DNA of 64,000 nt, taken from positions 7,578-71,577 of the IMG/VR virus record IMGVR_UViG_3300037462_000758; one strand, given 5' to 3'. The translations under genes and the position numbers were made by a program. Origin of the DNA: a virus. Below the pieces are notes generated by a model. The model saw nothing but the letters and a program-made list of their open reading frames with translations, ran no database searches and was not told the DNA's origin. Below, in pieces: positions 49,403 to 57,941 of this stretch (its first letter is position 1; each line of letters begins with the position of its first letter).

Positions 49403-50044
49403 ATGGCTTTTACCTTTCCATTAGTTATTGCATTATGCGCTCTTGCTGTGCATGGTGTAGCAACTCTTGTCATTGTTCGGCGTTTGGCGGCTTCACGGCT
49501 GCCAAACGCTGCTTTGTATATCGCCGCGTTGATGGTTGTGGGGATGCTTAATGACACGCTTTCTCTTGTCGGCGGGCTTTTGAAATTTGTAACGTATGGC
49601 TATTTTCGAGCGCACCTCTATACTGTTATTGAACTTTGGCTATTTGCAATGTTTTCATTCAGCGCTGTGGCGGGAAAAATAGCGCGGCGGAGCATCATCT
49701 GTCTCGCTGTGGTTCTAACTGTTGTAAATGCTACGTTTCATTGGTACGGTTTGGATACGTGGAAAATGTTTGATAGTTATTCAAGCGGGGTTTCCGCGTT
49801 GGCAATTATTGCTTTTTGTTACATTGTTCTCTGGCAAAATTCACGCGATATTGTGCGTAGGGAAGAAAAACGCTGGTTGGGAATACTGTGCATAACGCTC
49901 ATTGGAACGTCGTTGGTTGATTTTCTTATCTTTTTCTATGTGAACTTGGCTCAAGTTGAAGAAAAAAATATCTGGTTTATTCACAATCTCGCCTCGATTG
50001 TTAAGTACTCAATTACCATCTACTGTTTTTGGAAAAAGCTATGA
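49403..50044 (+). CDS. Polytopic (about 7 TM) membrane protein, receptor candidate
   Basis: About seven hydrophobic segments; HLYT..E motif. Confidence 0.8.
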   Translation: MAFTFPLVIALCALAVHGVATLVIVRRLAASRLPNAALYIAALMVVGMLNDTLSLVGGLLKFVTYGYFRAHLYTVIELWLFAMFSFSAVAGKIARRSIICLAVVLTVVNATFHWYGLDTWKMFDSYSSGVSALAIIAFCYIVLWQNSRDIVRREEKRWLGILCITLIGTSLVDFLIFFYVNLAQVEEKNIWFIHNLASIVKYSITIYCFWKKL

Positions 50045-50256
50045 CACAAACTGAGTTTGCTATTGTTCTGGGAGTGGTCGTGTATGTTGTAAGTTTCATT
50101 GCAGGGGTTTGTCTGGCTTTGAAATTCCAGCGTGAAGTGCTTGAGCAGGAACTGGAAAAACGTATCGCATTGGTTCGCTCACAAATTCAACACGCGAATA
50201 CAAGTATTGATAACTATGAAGCGACACAAGCATCATCGAAAAATTGCAATAATTAG
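50041..50256 (+). CDS. Single-TM plus coiled-coil protein resembling a sensor-kinase N-terminal stub
   Basis: ATGA-coupled to membrane gene; ELEKRIALVRSQIQH resembles LytS E.E..ALRSQ.NPH. Confidence 0.6.
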   Translation: MTQTEFAIVLGVVVYVVSFIAGVCLALKFQREVLEQELEKRIALVRSQIQHANTSIDNYEATQASSKNCNN

Positions 50257-50295
50257 AAAATGCTATACGAAATTTTCCTGAATTTTGCAATAGCT

Positions 50296-50368
50296 CCCGG
50301 TCATTAGAATGGGGGTCTCGGTCATTACTTTTTTACTCTCGGTCATTAGAATGGGGGTCTCGGTCATC
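50296..50368 (+). promoter_or_regulatory. Four direct repeats at exact 21-bp period (LytTR-type boxes)
   Basis: CGGTCAT at 50298, 50319, 50340, 50361. Confidence 0.75.
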
Positions 50369-50490
50369 GGATTTGCATAAAAGAACCTTGTTCTAGAAAT
50401 TTGCAGTTTGAATTTTTTGCTTGAAATAATTTGGAAAGAGTTTCCTGAAAAATCAACAATGCTTCAAAAAAATGAATAGCTATGATGTGC

Positions 50491-50535
50491 AACCCAAGAA
50501 CCCAAGAACCCAAGAACCCAAGAACCCAAGAACCC
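50491..50535 (+). repeat. Tandem repeat (AACCCAAG)5.6
   Basis: Directly visible, 13 bp before regulator ATG. Confidence 0.95.
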
Positions 50536-50548
50536 TTCTTCTCAGATT

Positions 50549-51289
50549 ATGAACATTCTTTCAGCTGTCATCATTGATGACGAAGAACACATAAGAAACT
50601 TTCTTCGCAATCAGCTTGGTCAGCTTTTTCCCCAAAATGTACTTGTTGTAGGGGAAGCATACAGTGTAGATACCGCTGTGGGTTTAATTGCTGAGAAAAA
50701 TCCTGACATAGCATTTATAGATATAGATTTAGGTATGGGAACCGGGTTTGAGGTTCTAAGGATTCTTGAAGAGATGTTCGTACGTTTGCCCGCAATTGTG
50801 TTTATTTCCGGTTATACGGCATTTACCCAAAAAGCTTTTGACGTTGGCGCACGTGACTACATTGTCAAACCAATAACGCCAACTGTTTTGAAGATAAAAG
50901 TCGAACGATTAGTTGAAAGTATCAATGCTAAAGTTGTAAAGCACAAAGCAGAGCTACAAAAACTTCCTTTTGCGATTTTTCAAGACCGTATTCTTATTCC
51001 TGTGGGCAACCGTAAAGACTTTGTACATATAGATTCGATTAAGTTTATCGAAGGTGAGCGGTCGCAGAGTAAAATCATCTGCAAAGAAGAGAAGGAATAC
51101 ATCATGTCGCATACACTACAAGATTTCGAGCTTGCATTTGCCGAGCGACATTTCGTGCGTGTGCATAAGTCATATGTGGTCAATTTTGCGTGTGTTGAAT
51201 CGGTGTTTACCCGCGAGCGGCAGATGTTCCTAAAAATCGGAGATAAGGATATTCCGGTGGGTGATGCGTATCGGAAGAAATTGCCGTGA
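50549..51289 (+). CDS. LytR/AlgR (LytTR) family response regulator
   Basis: IIDDE, PD..FIDI.L, GFE, DYIVKP; I.FIE, F.RVHKSY.VN, IPVG..Y. Confidence 0.95.
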   Translation: MNILSAVIIDDEEHIRNFLRNQLGQLFPQNVLVVGEAYSVDTAVGLIAEKNPDIAFIDIDLGMGTGFEVLRILEEMFVRLPAIVFISGYTAFTQKAFDVGARDYIVKPITPTVLKIKVERLVESINAKVVKHKAELQKLPFAIFQDRILIPVGNRKDFVHIDSIKFIEGERSQSKIICKEEKEYIMSHTLQDFELAFAERHFVRVHKSYVVNFACVESVFTRERQMFLKIGDKDIPVGDAYRKKLP

Positions 51290-51338
51290 GAGTGTGAATC
51301 TTATTTCAATCATTTCATAAAAACTTGTTGCTTTTCCT

Positions 51339-52517
51339 ATGTCAAAATATATCTACTTAGGGAACCCTCTTTCTGGAATCGAAGAACTTGATGCTTTTAT
51401 TGCCATAAACGATTTCGCAGCTAAGGTCAATAGTATGAAAATAGATAACCTAGGTGAGTTAGATTTAGAGCGTTATCGACAATTACAATTTTTGACAAAT
51501 TATTGTAAAGAAGCACTCTCTTCATTCAACCTTGATTTTTTAGGTGGAACCGCGAGTACAGTTCTTGATTACAAAATTCAAAGTATTGCCAGTGCGATAA
51601 GAAATACAAATAACTCACTTGCGCAATCGACAGTAGAGTTTGCTATACAAAGTGGTTTACAGAATATCCGTAATAATGTTATTCCAATTGTCGTTGCCTT
51701 GCCAAGTGGTATTATAGGAGAACAAACAAACGCACTAAAGGCATCCATGCAAACGTTGGAGCATTTTTTACAGCACAGTCAAAGTGTTATTGATAAAGCA
51801 AGACAGTTTGAAAATACAGCAAATTCCTTGCGGGAAAAAATTGATCAATATGATGTAAGGATTGAAGGTAAGTTGCGCGAAATTTCTGATTATGCCACAC
51901 AAAGATTGAATCAACTTGAAGGGAATTATACGGAAAGTCAAAAAGCTATACTTACGGAGGCAAAAAGCAAAATTGATACAGCAAAAAGTGATTTGGACAA
52001 AGAAGTGGAGGAAGTAAGAAAAATAGCACAGGTATTGGCTGTAAACGGTATTGCTGGCGGATATTCACAACAAGCGCTTGACCAAGATAAAGCATATAAG
52101 CGATGGCGCTGTGGAGCAATCGGTTTATTTTCATGTAGTGCCGTGATAGCTGCTTTGGTCTTAATTTTCATCAACAATAAACTGGAATTAAACGAGTACG
52201 GACCAAAACTCTTAAGCTCACTTGTAGTGTTGTTGCCTGGGTTTTATGCCGCAAGGGAGGCAGAAAAACACCGAAAACTAGCCGAGCATTACCAAAAAAT
52301 GGAATTGGAATTTGTGACACTTAACCCGTACCTGAATGACTTAGAAGTAGAGACAAAGCAAAAAATTAAACAAGACCTGATTGGTCAGTATTTTACTGGT
52401 GCAAAAACATTAGGGCAGGGAGAAAGTTTAGATTCTAATGAGTTGGACATACTCAAGAAATTGATTGAGGCAGTAAGAGAGGTTCCTTCAAAAGTTCTTG
52501 ATAAGTTTTTGAAATAA
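51339..52517 (+). CDS. Coiled-coil protein with two C-terminal TM helices (AT-rich moron)
   Basis: 392 aa; GY...A, two TM segments, Y.AREA.KHR...ELE...L.PY. Confidence 0.75.
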   Translation: MSKYIYLGNPLSGIEELDAFIAINDFAAKVNSMKIDNLGELDLERYRQLQFLTNYCKEALSSFNLDFLGGTASTVLDYKIQSIASAIRNTNNSLAQSTVEFAIQSGLQNIRNNVIPIVVALPSGIIGEQTNALKASMQTLEHFLQHSQSVIDKARQFENTANSLREKIDQYDVRIEGKLREISDYATQRLNQLEGNYTESQKAILTEAKSKIDTAKSDLDKEVEEVRKIAQVLAVNGIAGGYSQQALDQDKAYKRWRCGAIGLFSCSAVIAALVLIFINNKLELNEYGPKLLSSLVVLLPGFYAAREAEKHRKLAEHYQKMELEFVTLNPYLNDLEVETKQKIKQDLIGQYFTGAKTLGQGESLDSNELDILKKLIEAVREVPSKVLDKFLK

Positions 52518-52519
52518 GC

Positions 52520-52552
52520 AAAAGCCCCGCCAGAACACCACTGACGGGGCTT
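52520..52552. terminator. Hairpin/terminator between convergent genes
   Basis: AAAAGCCCCG...CGGGGCTT. Confidence 0.55.
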
Positions 52553-52560
52553 GTTCATTC

Positions 52561-52980
52561 TTAATCCTCCCGCACAAGTTCAGGCGCTTGTATCTCCCAC
52601 GCTGCCTCATCATACCCGGGCAACCTTCGGCCGCAACTGTGAACGATGGTATCTATTACCTCCCGTGCAAGGGAAGTCTCCCATGTTGGGGATTCGATTG
52701 CTTGGTATTCGTAACAATGTGCTGCCTTAATCACCTGAACCGGCGCATACACTCTTGTTTGAGATTTATACACAAAGGGCGGGGTAGTCATCTCTTCGCT
52801 GTACCGACTGCAATATGAACGGTAATTCTCATCCAACAACGCCTGACCGATACACTGCATATCTGCGGCATTGTCTGGGTCAAAGTAGAGTTCTCCAATC
52901 CAAATTCCATCCCGCTTTAAGCGGCGAAGAGTTGTTACAAGAACGTTGATGTGATGCTGGTTTACGATGAAAACACTCAT
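52561..52980 (-). CDS. Hypothetical mobile-element protein
   Basis: MS.F.V...HI..L, L..EN.RS...RY, KA..CY.YQ..E...W..S.A. Confidence 0.7.
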   Translation of the reverse strand: MSVFIVNQHHINVLVTTLRRLKRDGIWIGELYFDPDNAADMQCIGQALLDENYRSYCSRYSEEMTTPPFVYKSQTRVYAPVQVIKAAHCYEYQAIESPTWETSLAREVIDTIVHSCGRRLPGYDEAAWEIQAPELVRED

Positions 52981-53387
52981 GCTATTTCCTCCACTTGTGA
53001 GCGATGAAAAAGGTGATAAACTTTGGGATAAATACGCTCTGCTTCAGCGCTTGGTGCATCGGCAGCGTTTTTCGTTTCGGCACGGAGCCAGGTTAAGCCT
53101 TTGAGGCGTGATTGTTCACCGCGCCTAACGTGAAAGCCGCTTCGTTTCCAGCCTTCAAAGGTTTTGCAATCAACGTAAGGAATACCTGTCAGACCTTGTT
53201 CTTTCATTTGTGCAAAGACAAAAGCAAAAGAAGCCTGACTGATATTCTCAAGCCCTGCTCGCGCTGCTTCTGCATACAACTCCAGCAACAACGGGTCTTG
53301 TAAATCAACTGTTTCAGAAGCACGTTTCCATTGTTCGCGGAGGCTGCGGTAAAAAGCGCTGCGGTCTTCTTTGGTGTAGGTTTTCAT
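52977..53387 (-). CDS. ArdC-like N-terminal ssDNA-binding domain protein
   Basis: TF.GWK..G..VR.GE, Y.LF..SQVE. Confidence 0.75.
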   Translation of the reverse strand: MKTYTKEDRSAFYRSLREQWKRASETVDLQDPLLLELYAEAARAGLENISQASFAFVFAQMKEQGLTGIPYVDCKTFEGWKRSGFHVRRGEQSRLKGLTWLRAETKNAADAPSAEAERIYPKVYHLFHRSQVEEIA

Positions 53388-53399
53388 AGCGGCACCTCC

Positions 53400-53690
53400 T
53401 TAGTATTCTGCCGGAAGGCAAATGGTGGTAAAACTGCGGTCGTGAACGGTAATAATCCAAATGCGCCCTTGGGGAGTGTTGAAGGCAGAAAATAGCCTAT
53501 CGTCGCCGTCAAGCAGGGCAACAGTATTGGCAAGATTATCACCAAGCGAAACGTCGCCCCAATCCCCTCGCGCATGGCGCTCCAAATAGGGCAGGGGATT
53601 CAACCCTTTTGTGTGCAGTGCTTTGATGCCGCTTGTTATGGTAACAATACCAAGCGGGAAAAGCGTTTGGAAATGTTGCGGTAGAGACAT
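53400..53690 (-). CDS. Conserved plasmid/ICE-type small protein
   Basis: F.LG....T.G, L.RH.RGDWGD, RL.S, IWIIT..DRS.TTI.LP.EY. Confidence 0.75.
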   Translation of the reverse strand: MSLPQHFQTLFPLGIVTITSGIKALHTKGLNPLPYLERHARGDWGDVSLGDNLANTVALLDGDDRLFSAFNTPQGRIWIITVHDRSFTTICLPAEY

Positions 53691-53854
53691 AGCTTTGTAC
53701 CTCTCGAATAACTGGTATGGTAGATTTACGCCCCGCAGAAACGGCAATTTCTGCGGGGCGTTGTTATTTGTACAATGTCTGTAAGGTGTTGTTTTACAGA
53801 CACTTGAACAAATGTACCAAAGCTATTTCACAGCACAAAGAGAAATTTTACAAA

Positions 53855-53982
53855 AAGTGGGAACGATACATAAAAAGTCTCAAAATTAGCTGGTTAAGTG
53901 GGAAATATAGAATAATTATATGGGAAAATTTTAGAAAAGTGGGAAATTATTTGCAATTATGCGTAAAAATACTGTATCTTTG
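53855..53982 (+). promoter_or_regulatory. Rightward promoter with phased TGGGAA repeats
   Basis: TGGGAA at 53858, 53899, 53921, 53940; TATCTTTG at 53975. Confidence 0.55.
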
Positions 53983-54271
53983 CACTGCACAAATCCCCCT
54001 TGTTATTCTTGTTCTTTCAGAAAATGTTCGGTCGTGAGATGTTGCGGTACGTCATGCCATGCTGCTACGTGAAATGAGGAAACACAACGGCTCAGGACAG
54101 AATATTAGAAGAATAGCACTCTTGAAACAGTGTTATTGCAAAAAGAACTCTTTCAGCATATCAGCGTCAGGTTTCCGGCTTATAGAAACGCCGGAGGGCG
54201 ACGAATTGCCGCGTGTTTTGCATTTTGTGGAACACGAAGCAACGGGGAGCCTGTGCAACCCCTGACGCTTT

Positions 54272-54547
54272 ATGAACTCCTCCGGCTCAATTACATACCA
54301 CCTTGAAGCCTCTGCAATAGAGGCAACTTCGCTAGAGACTTCGGCGAAGCACTCCCGCACAACAACTCCGCAATCGGGTCGCCACCCCAAAATGCTCCGA
54401 ATCCATCGGCAGCACTCCGACGTTTTGCTTGAGGTTTATGCCGTTCAACAAGACGGCTTAACCGCAGCAAACGCGGAGGTTCTGTACAGCATTCCGCGTG
54501 AGACCTTTGAAGAGTTCCTCAAAACCTACTTACTCTCGCCTCGCTAA
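54272..54547 (+). CDS. Hypothetical protein
   Basis: 91-aa ATG ORF after structured leader. Confidence 0.5.
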   Translation: MNSSGSITYHLEASAIEATSLETSAKHSRTTTPQSGRHPKMLRIHRQHSDVLLEVYAVQQDGLTAANAEVLYSIPRETFEEFLKTYLLSPR

Positions 54548-54653
54548 CGCGCCGTAAACTGCCTGTACTTCCTGCCATGCACGAGCTATGTTCTCCCGCT
54601 TGGAGAACCTCCATTATGTAAACTATTCTAAAACAACATCTTACAAGACGTGT

Positions 54654-55193
54654 ATGCTTACTGTTGTCAAGCACTACCGTTTCCATGCTGCGCACCGAAA
54701 CCGCGAATTGCGGAATAAGTGCAGCAACATTCACGGTCATACCTATCACATCACCTGCACGTTCAAGGTTGAAGAGCCAAATCCGGAAACGGGCGTAACA
54801 ATAGAATTTGCGCACTTGGATAGCATAGCTAATGATGTGTTCAACCAATACGACCACGCGCTTTTACTGCACGACCAAGACCCGCTTTTGAAGCATCTAC
54901 GCGGCTTTTCAGAGCCGCTCAAGATTGTTACATTTCCCTTTCCGACAAGCGCAGAAAACCTTGCCCGTGAGATTCATATTGAGTTATTGGAACTAGGTTT
55001 GCCGATACACGCTATTGCACTCTACGAAACGCCTAGTTCCGGCGTTCACTATGAGCCTCAAAAGCCGACTACAACGCTTTCGTTTGCTGATGTCGAAGAA
55101 GATCTCCCCGAAATGCCCCACAAAAGCCTTGAGCGTGAATACAAACGATTAGAGCAGGAAAAACTACAAACAGAACCAATCACTCCGTTTTGA
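54654..55193 (+). CDS. queD: 6-carboxytetrahydropterin synthase
   Basis: FHAAHR, C.NIHGHTY, DHA, TSAENLA, ET..S. Confidence 0.92.
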   Translation: MLTVVKHYRFHAAHRNRELRNKCSNIHGHTYHITCTFKVEEPNPETGVTIEFAHLDSIANDVFNQYDHALLLHDQDPLLKHLRGFSEPLKIVTFPFPTSAENLAREIHIELLELGLPIHAIALYETPSSGVHYEPQKPTTTLSFADVEEDLPEMPHKSLEREYKRLEQEKLQTEPITPF

Positions 55194-55205
55194 TATTCTA
55201 ACATC

Positions 55206-55826
55206 ATGGAACCGGAAATAACACACCTCTACATCTCAGAAATTTTCTACTCCCTGCAAGGCGAAGGCGGTCGAGCGGGAGAAGCCTCGCTGTTCGTGCG
55301 TTTGCAAAGCTGCAAAGCAAAAAACGCTTGCTATGCCTCCGGTGTGCGCTGTGATACTGAGTTTGAAAGTGGGCAGCCGATGTCGCTTTTGCAGATTCAT
55401 TCCTATCTCAATGCCCTCGCTCCGTCCTGCAAATGGATTGTTTGGACCGGAGGAGAACCGACAATGCAGCTCACCAGTGAAATTGTTGAATACTTCTCCT
55501 CGCTTGGCTACAAACAAGCTATTGAAACAAGTGGCTTGAATCCTGTACCGGAGGGACTTGATTACGTCTGCGTTTCGCCCAAGGTTGCTGAACACGTGAT
55601 AGATAAAAACTTCCCGGACGGCTACGTACACGAACTACGCTACGTCCGCCATGCCGGACAATCTCTCCCTGCACCAACGCTGGAGGCGGAGTATTACTAC
55701 CTTTCCCCGCACTTTGACGGCGCAGAAATCAACGCCGAAAACCTTCGGCACTGTATTCACCTTTGCTTGCAACACCCGCAATGGCGCTTGTCTGTGCAGC
55801 AACATAAAATCTGGAATATTCTATGA
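55206..55826 (+). CDS. queE: 7-carboxy-7-deazaguanine synthase (radical SAM)
   Basis: EIFYSLQGEG, FVRL..C...CDT, TGGEP, IETSG, VSPK, WRLS.Q.HK. Confidence 0.92.
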   Translation: MEPEITHLYISEIFYSLQGEGGRAGEASLFVRLQSCKAKNACYASGVRCDTEFESGQPMSLLQIHSYLNALAPSCKWIVWTGGEPTMQLTSEIVEYFSSLGYKQAIETSGLNPVPEGLDYVCVSPKVAEHVIDKNFPDGYVHELRYVRHAGQSLPAPTLEAEYYYLSPHFDGAEINAENLRHCIHLCLQHPQWRLSVQQHKIWNIL

Positions 55827-56479
55827 ACAATCCAACGCCGACAAGCGATTTTCTGCAAAAGGAGATAGATGCACTTGCAAATGCCGTTTCCTTGCACGGT
55901 GAGAACCCTCCTCAAAAGGTTCTCTCTTGGTTGGAGGAAGTAGATTTGCCGAAACTGACCGAACACGCTGCGGCAATGCTCACAACACTTGGCGAAGACC
56001 TTACCGAGGAAGGCAAACAGCGCACACCGGAGCGATATGCACGGTTTTTGGCTGATTTTCTCAATCCCGATCCGGTAGAAATGACCGTCTTTGCCGCGCC
56101 GGAAAAACCCGTCATGGTATTAGAGAAAAACATACCGTTTTATAGCCTGTGTGAGCATCATCTTTTACCGTTTTTTGGTACAGTTGCGATTGCGTATATG
56201 CCCAGTAGAAAAGTTCTTGGTCTCTCAAAACTGGCACGGCTCGTGGAACTTTGTTCGCGTCGGTTACAAATGCAAGAGCGCTTGACAACAGATATTGCAC
56301 ATATTCTGGATGGACATCTTGCCCCGCGAGGTATTGCTGTTCATATCAAAGCACGGCACCTCTGTCAGGAAATGCGCGGGATAAAAGCCTACGGTGCTGA
56401 AACTGAAACGACCTACTTTTCAGGAGTTTTTGAAACGGCAACAATGAAAACCGAATTTTTACAACGAATTGCAACGTAA
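55823..56479 (+). CDS. folE: GTP cyclohydrolase I
   Basis: TP.R, SLCEHHLLPF.G, GLSKLAR, RLQ.QERLT, HLC..MRG. Confidence 0.95.
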   Translation: MNNPTPTSDFLQKEIDALANAVSLHGENPPQKVLSWLEEVDLPKLTEHAAAMLTTLGEDLTEEGKQRTPERYARFLADFLNPDPVEMTVFAAPEKPVMVLEKNIPFYSLCEHHLLPFFGTVAIAYMPSRKVLGLSKLARLVELCSRRLQMQERLTTDIAHILDGHLAPRGIAVHIKARHLCQEMRGIKAYGAETETTYFSGVFETATMKTEFLQRIAT

Positions 56480-56748
56480 TGAACGAGCGTTTTTACTACG
56501 CCACCATTTACGAATATGCTGCTATGAACTCTACACGCCTTTCCAAAGACCGTGCAAACGCGCTTGGAAGAAAGGCTGCGGAACTTTCGCGTGAACGCGA
56601 GATTCCGATTGGAAAAGCGAAAAATAACTACTTCGGTACGGTCAATGCTTATCGCAACGACATTCTCAGCGAATGTTTTTTCTCCACTGAACCACTGACA
56701 AAACGCCATGGCAAAAACAAAAACAAAGGACAAGAAAGCCTCTTCTGA
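56479..56748 (+). CDS. Small protein resembling antirepressor C-terminal domain
   Basis: A..LGRKA..LS..R.I.I......FG.VN.Y; ends QESLF. Confidence 0.55.
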   Translation: MNERFYYATIYEYAAMNSTRLSKDRANALGRKAAELSREREIPIGKAKNNYFGTVNAYRNDILSECFFSTEPLTKRHGKNKNKGQESLF

Positions 56749-57247
56749 CCAGCGTTTGCGTATTCGCAAGGTCAAGTTCGTAACCGGAAAAACGCTCATT
56801 GACTACGAGGTACTGAGTAAGTATAATGATACCATGTGGGATAAACACTCGCTGGTCAGTGCCGATGAACCCTTACCCGAAATGAAGATTGCTCTCAAAT
56901 CACTTGCCCCGTTTGTTTGTGAAATTTGCGAATTGCCAAAAGAGTGGGATGCAAATGTTGTCGTCTATGCTGCCTCTCTCAGCTATCACGGCGAAGACTC
57001 CATCTTTTCGGGAGCAATTATCAGCGCTCGGAAAATACCTACAAACGGCGGTTCTCCCTTCGGTTTTAACACGCCGCACCGCCCTACAACCTCGAAGAAT
57101 CCTGACGCTATGCTCCCACCCGAAGCGGTCAATTTGCTCAACGAAGTATGTGACCACGCCGAAGATTTTATCAAAGGTAAGCGCCAGCAACAAGACCTCT
57201 TTCCCAGCGAAGAAGAAGCCGCAGAAGACCTTTTTGCAAACCAATAA
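56708..57247 (+). CDS. Hypothetical phage protein
   Basis: NTP...A..FI.GKR.Q..LF C-terminal pattern. Confidence 0.7.
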   Translation: MAKTKTKDKKASSDQRLRIRKVKFVTGKTLIDYEVLSKYNDTMWDKHSLVSADEPLPEMKIALKSLAPFVCEICELPKEWDANVVVYAASLSYHGEDSIFSGAIISARKIPTNGGSPFGFNTPHRPTTSKNPDAMLPPEAVNLLNEVCDHAEDFIKGKRQQQDLFPSEEEAAEDLFANQ

Positions 57248-57259
57248 CTCACCAACACC

Positions 57260-57940
57260 ATGGAACAAAACCCCTTTCCCGCTTTGGTACTGCTTTCGGG
57301 CGGTCAAGATTCGACAACGTGCCTGTATTGGGCGTTACAAAATTTTTCTTCTGTAAAGGCACTTATCTTCGATTACGGACAACGGCACAGGGTTGAAGTC
57401 CAGTGCGCTGAAAACATAGCCGGAAGAGCAAACGTGCGTTATCGCATCATGGATATTGCGGGTTTACTTTCGGATTCCGCTTTAATTGACGCTGAAGCAG
57501 AAATCACTGCTTCTCACGAACTAAATTCAAACCTCCCTGCCTCTTTTGTTCCGGGACGCAACGCTCTATTTCTTACACTTGCTTGCTCTTACGCTTACAC
57601 TCTGGGTATTCGTGATGTGGTGATGGGTGTGTGCCAAACAGATTACTCCGGTTATCCTGACTGCCGCGAGAGCTTTATCAAATGCCAAGCAAAAGCAATA
57701 TCGTTGGCACTTGACACGGAAATTCGCATCCATACGCCGCTCATGCACCTCACCAAAGCCGAGACGTGGAAAATGGCTGCTAAACTTGGTTGCTTGGAGG
57801 TTATCCGCAACAACACGCATACGGACTACAACGGCGACCATACTACGTTCAACGAATGGGGCTATGGCAAGTTGGATAATCCCGCAAGTGTTCTCCGCGC
57901 ACAAGGCTACGAAGAAGCAAAAGCGAAAGGATGGGTGTAA
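57260..57940 (+). CDS. queC: 7-cyano-7-deazaguanine synthase
   Basis: LSGGQDSTTC, DYGQRH..E, FVPGRN, D.SGYPDCR, TPL..L.K. Confidence 0.93.
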   Translation: MEQNPFPALVLLSGGQDSTTCLYWALQNFSSVKALIFDYGQRHRVEVQCAENIAGRANVRYRIMDIAGLLSDSALIDAEAEITASHELNSNLPASFVPGRNALFLTLACSYAYTLGIRDVVMGVCQTDYSGYPDCRESFIKCQAKAISLALDTEIRIHTPLMHLTKAETWKMAAKLGCLEVIRNNTHTDYNGDHTTFNEWGYGKLDNPASVLRAQGYEEAKAKGWV

Positions 57941-57941
57941 A

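Noticed and set aside
50296-50368. Possible mini-CRISPR array
   Set aside because: Repeats of about 10 bp with about 11-bp spacers, two of them identical; no cas genes
54163-54269. tRNA or canonical preQ1 riboswitch
   Set aside because: No T-loop GTTC or CCA end, and no preQ1-I loop with A-rich tail; kept only as an unknown structure
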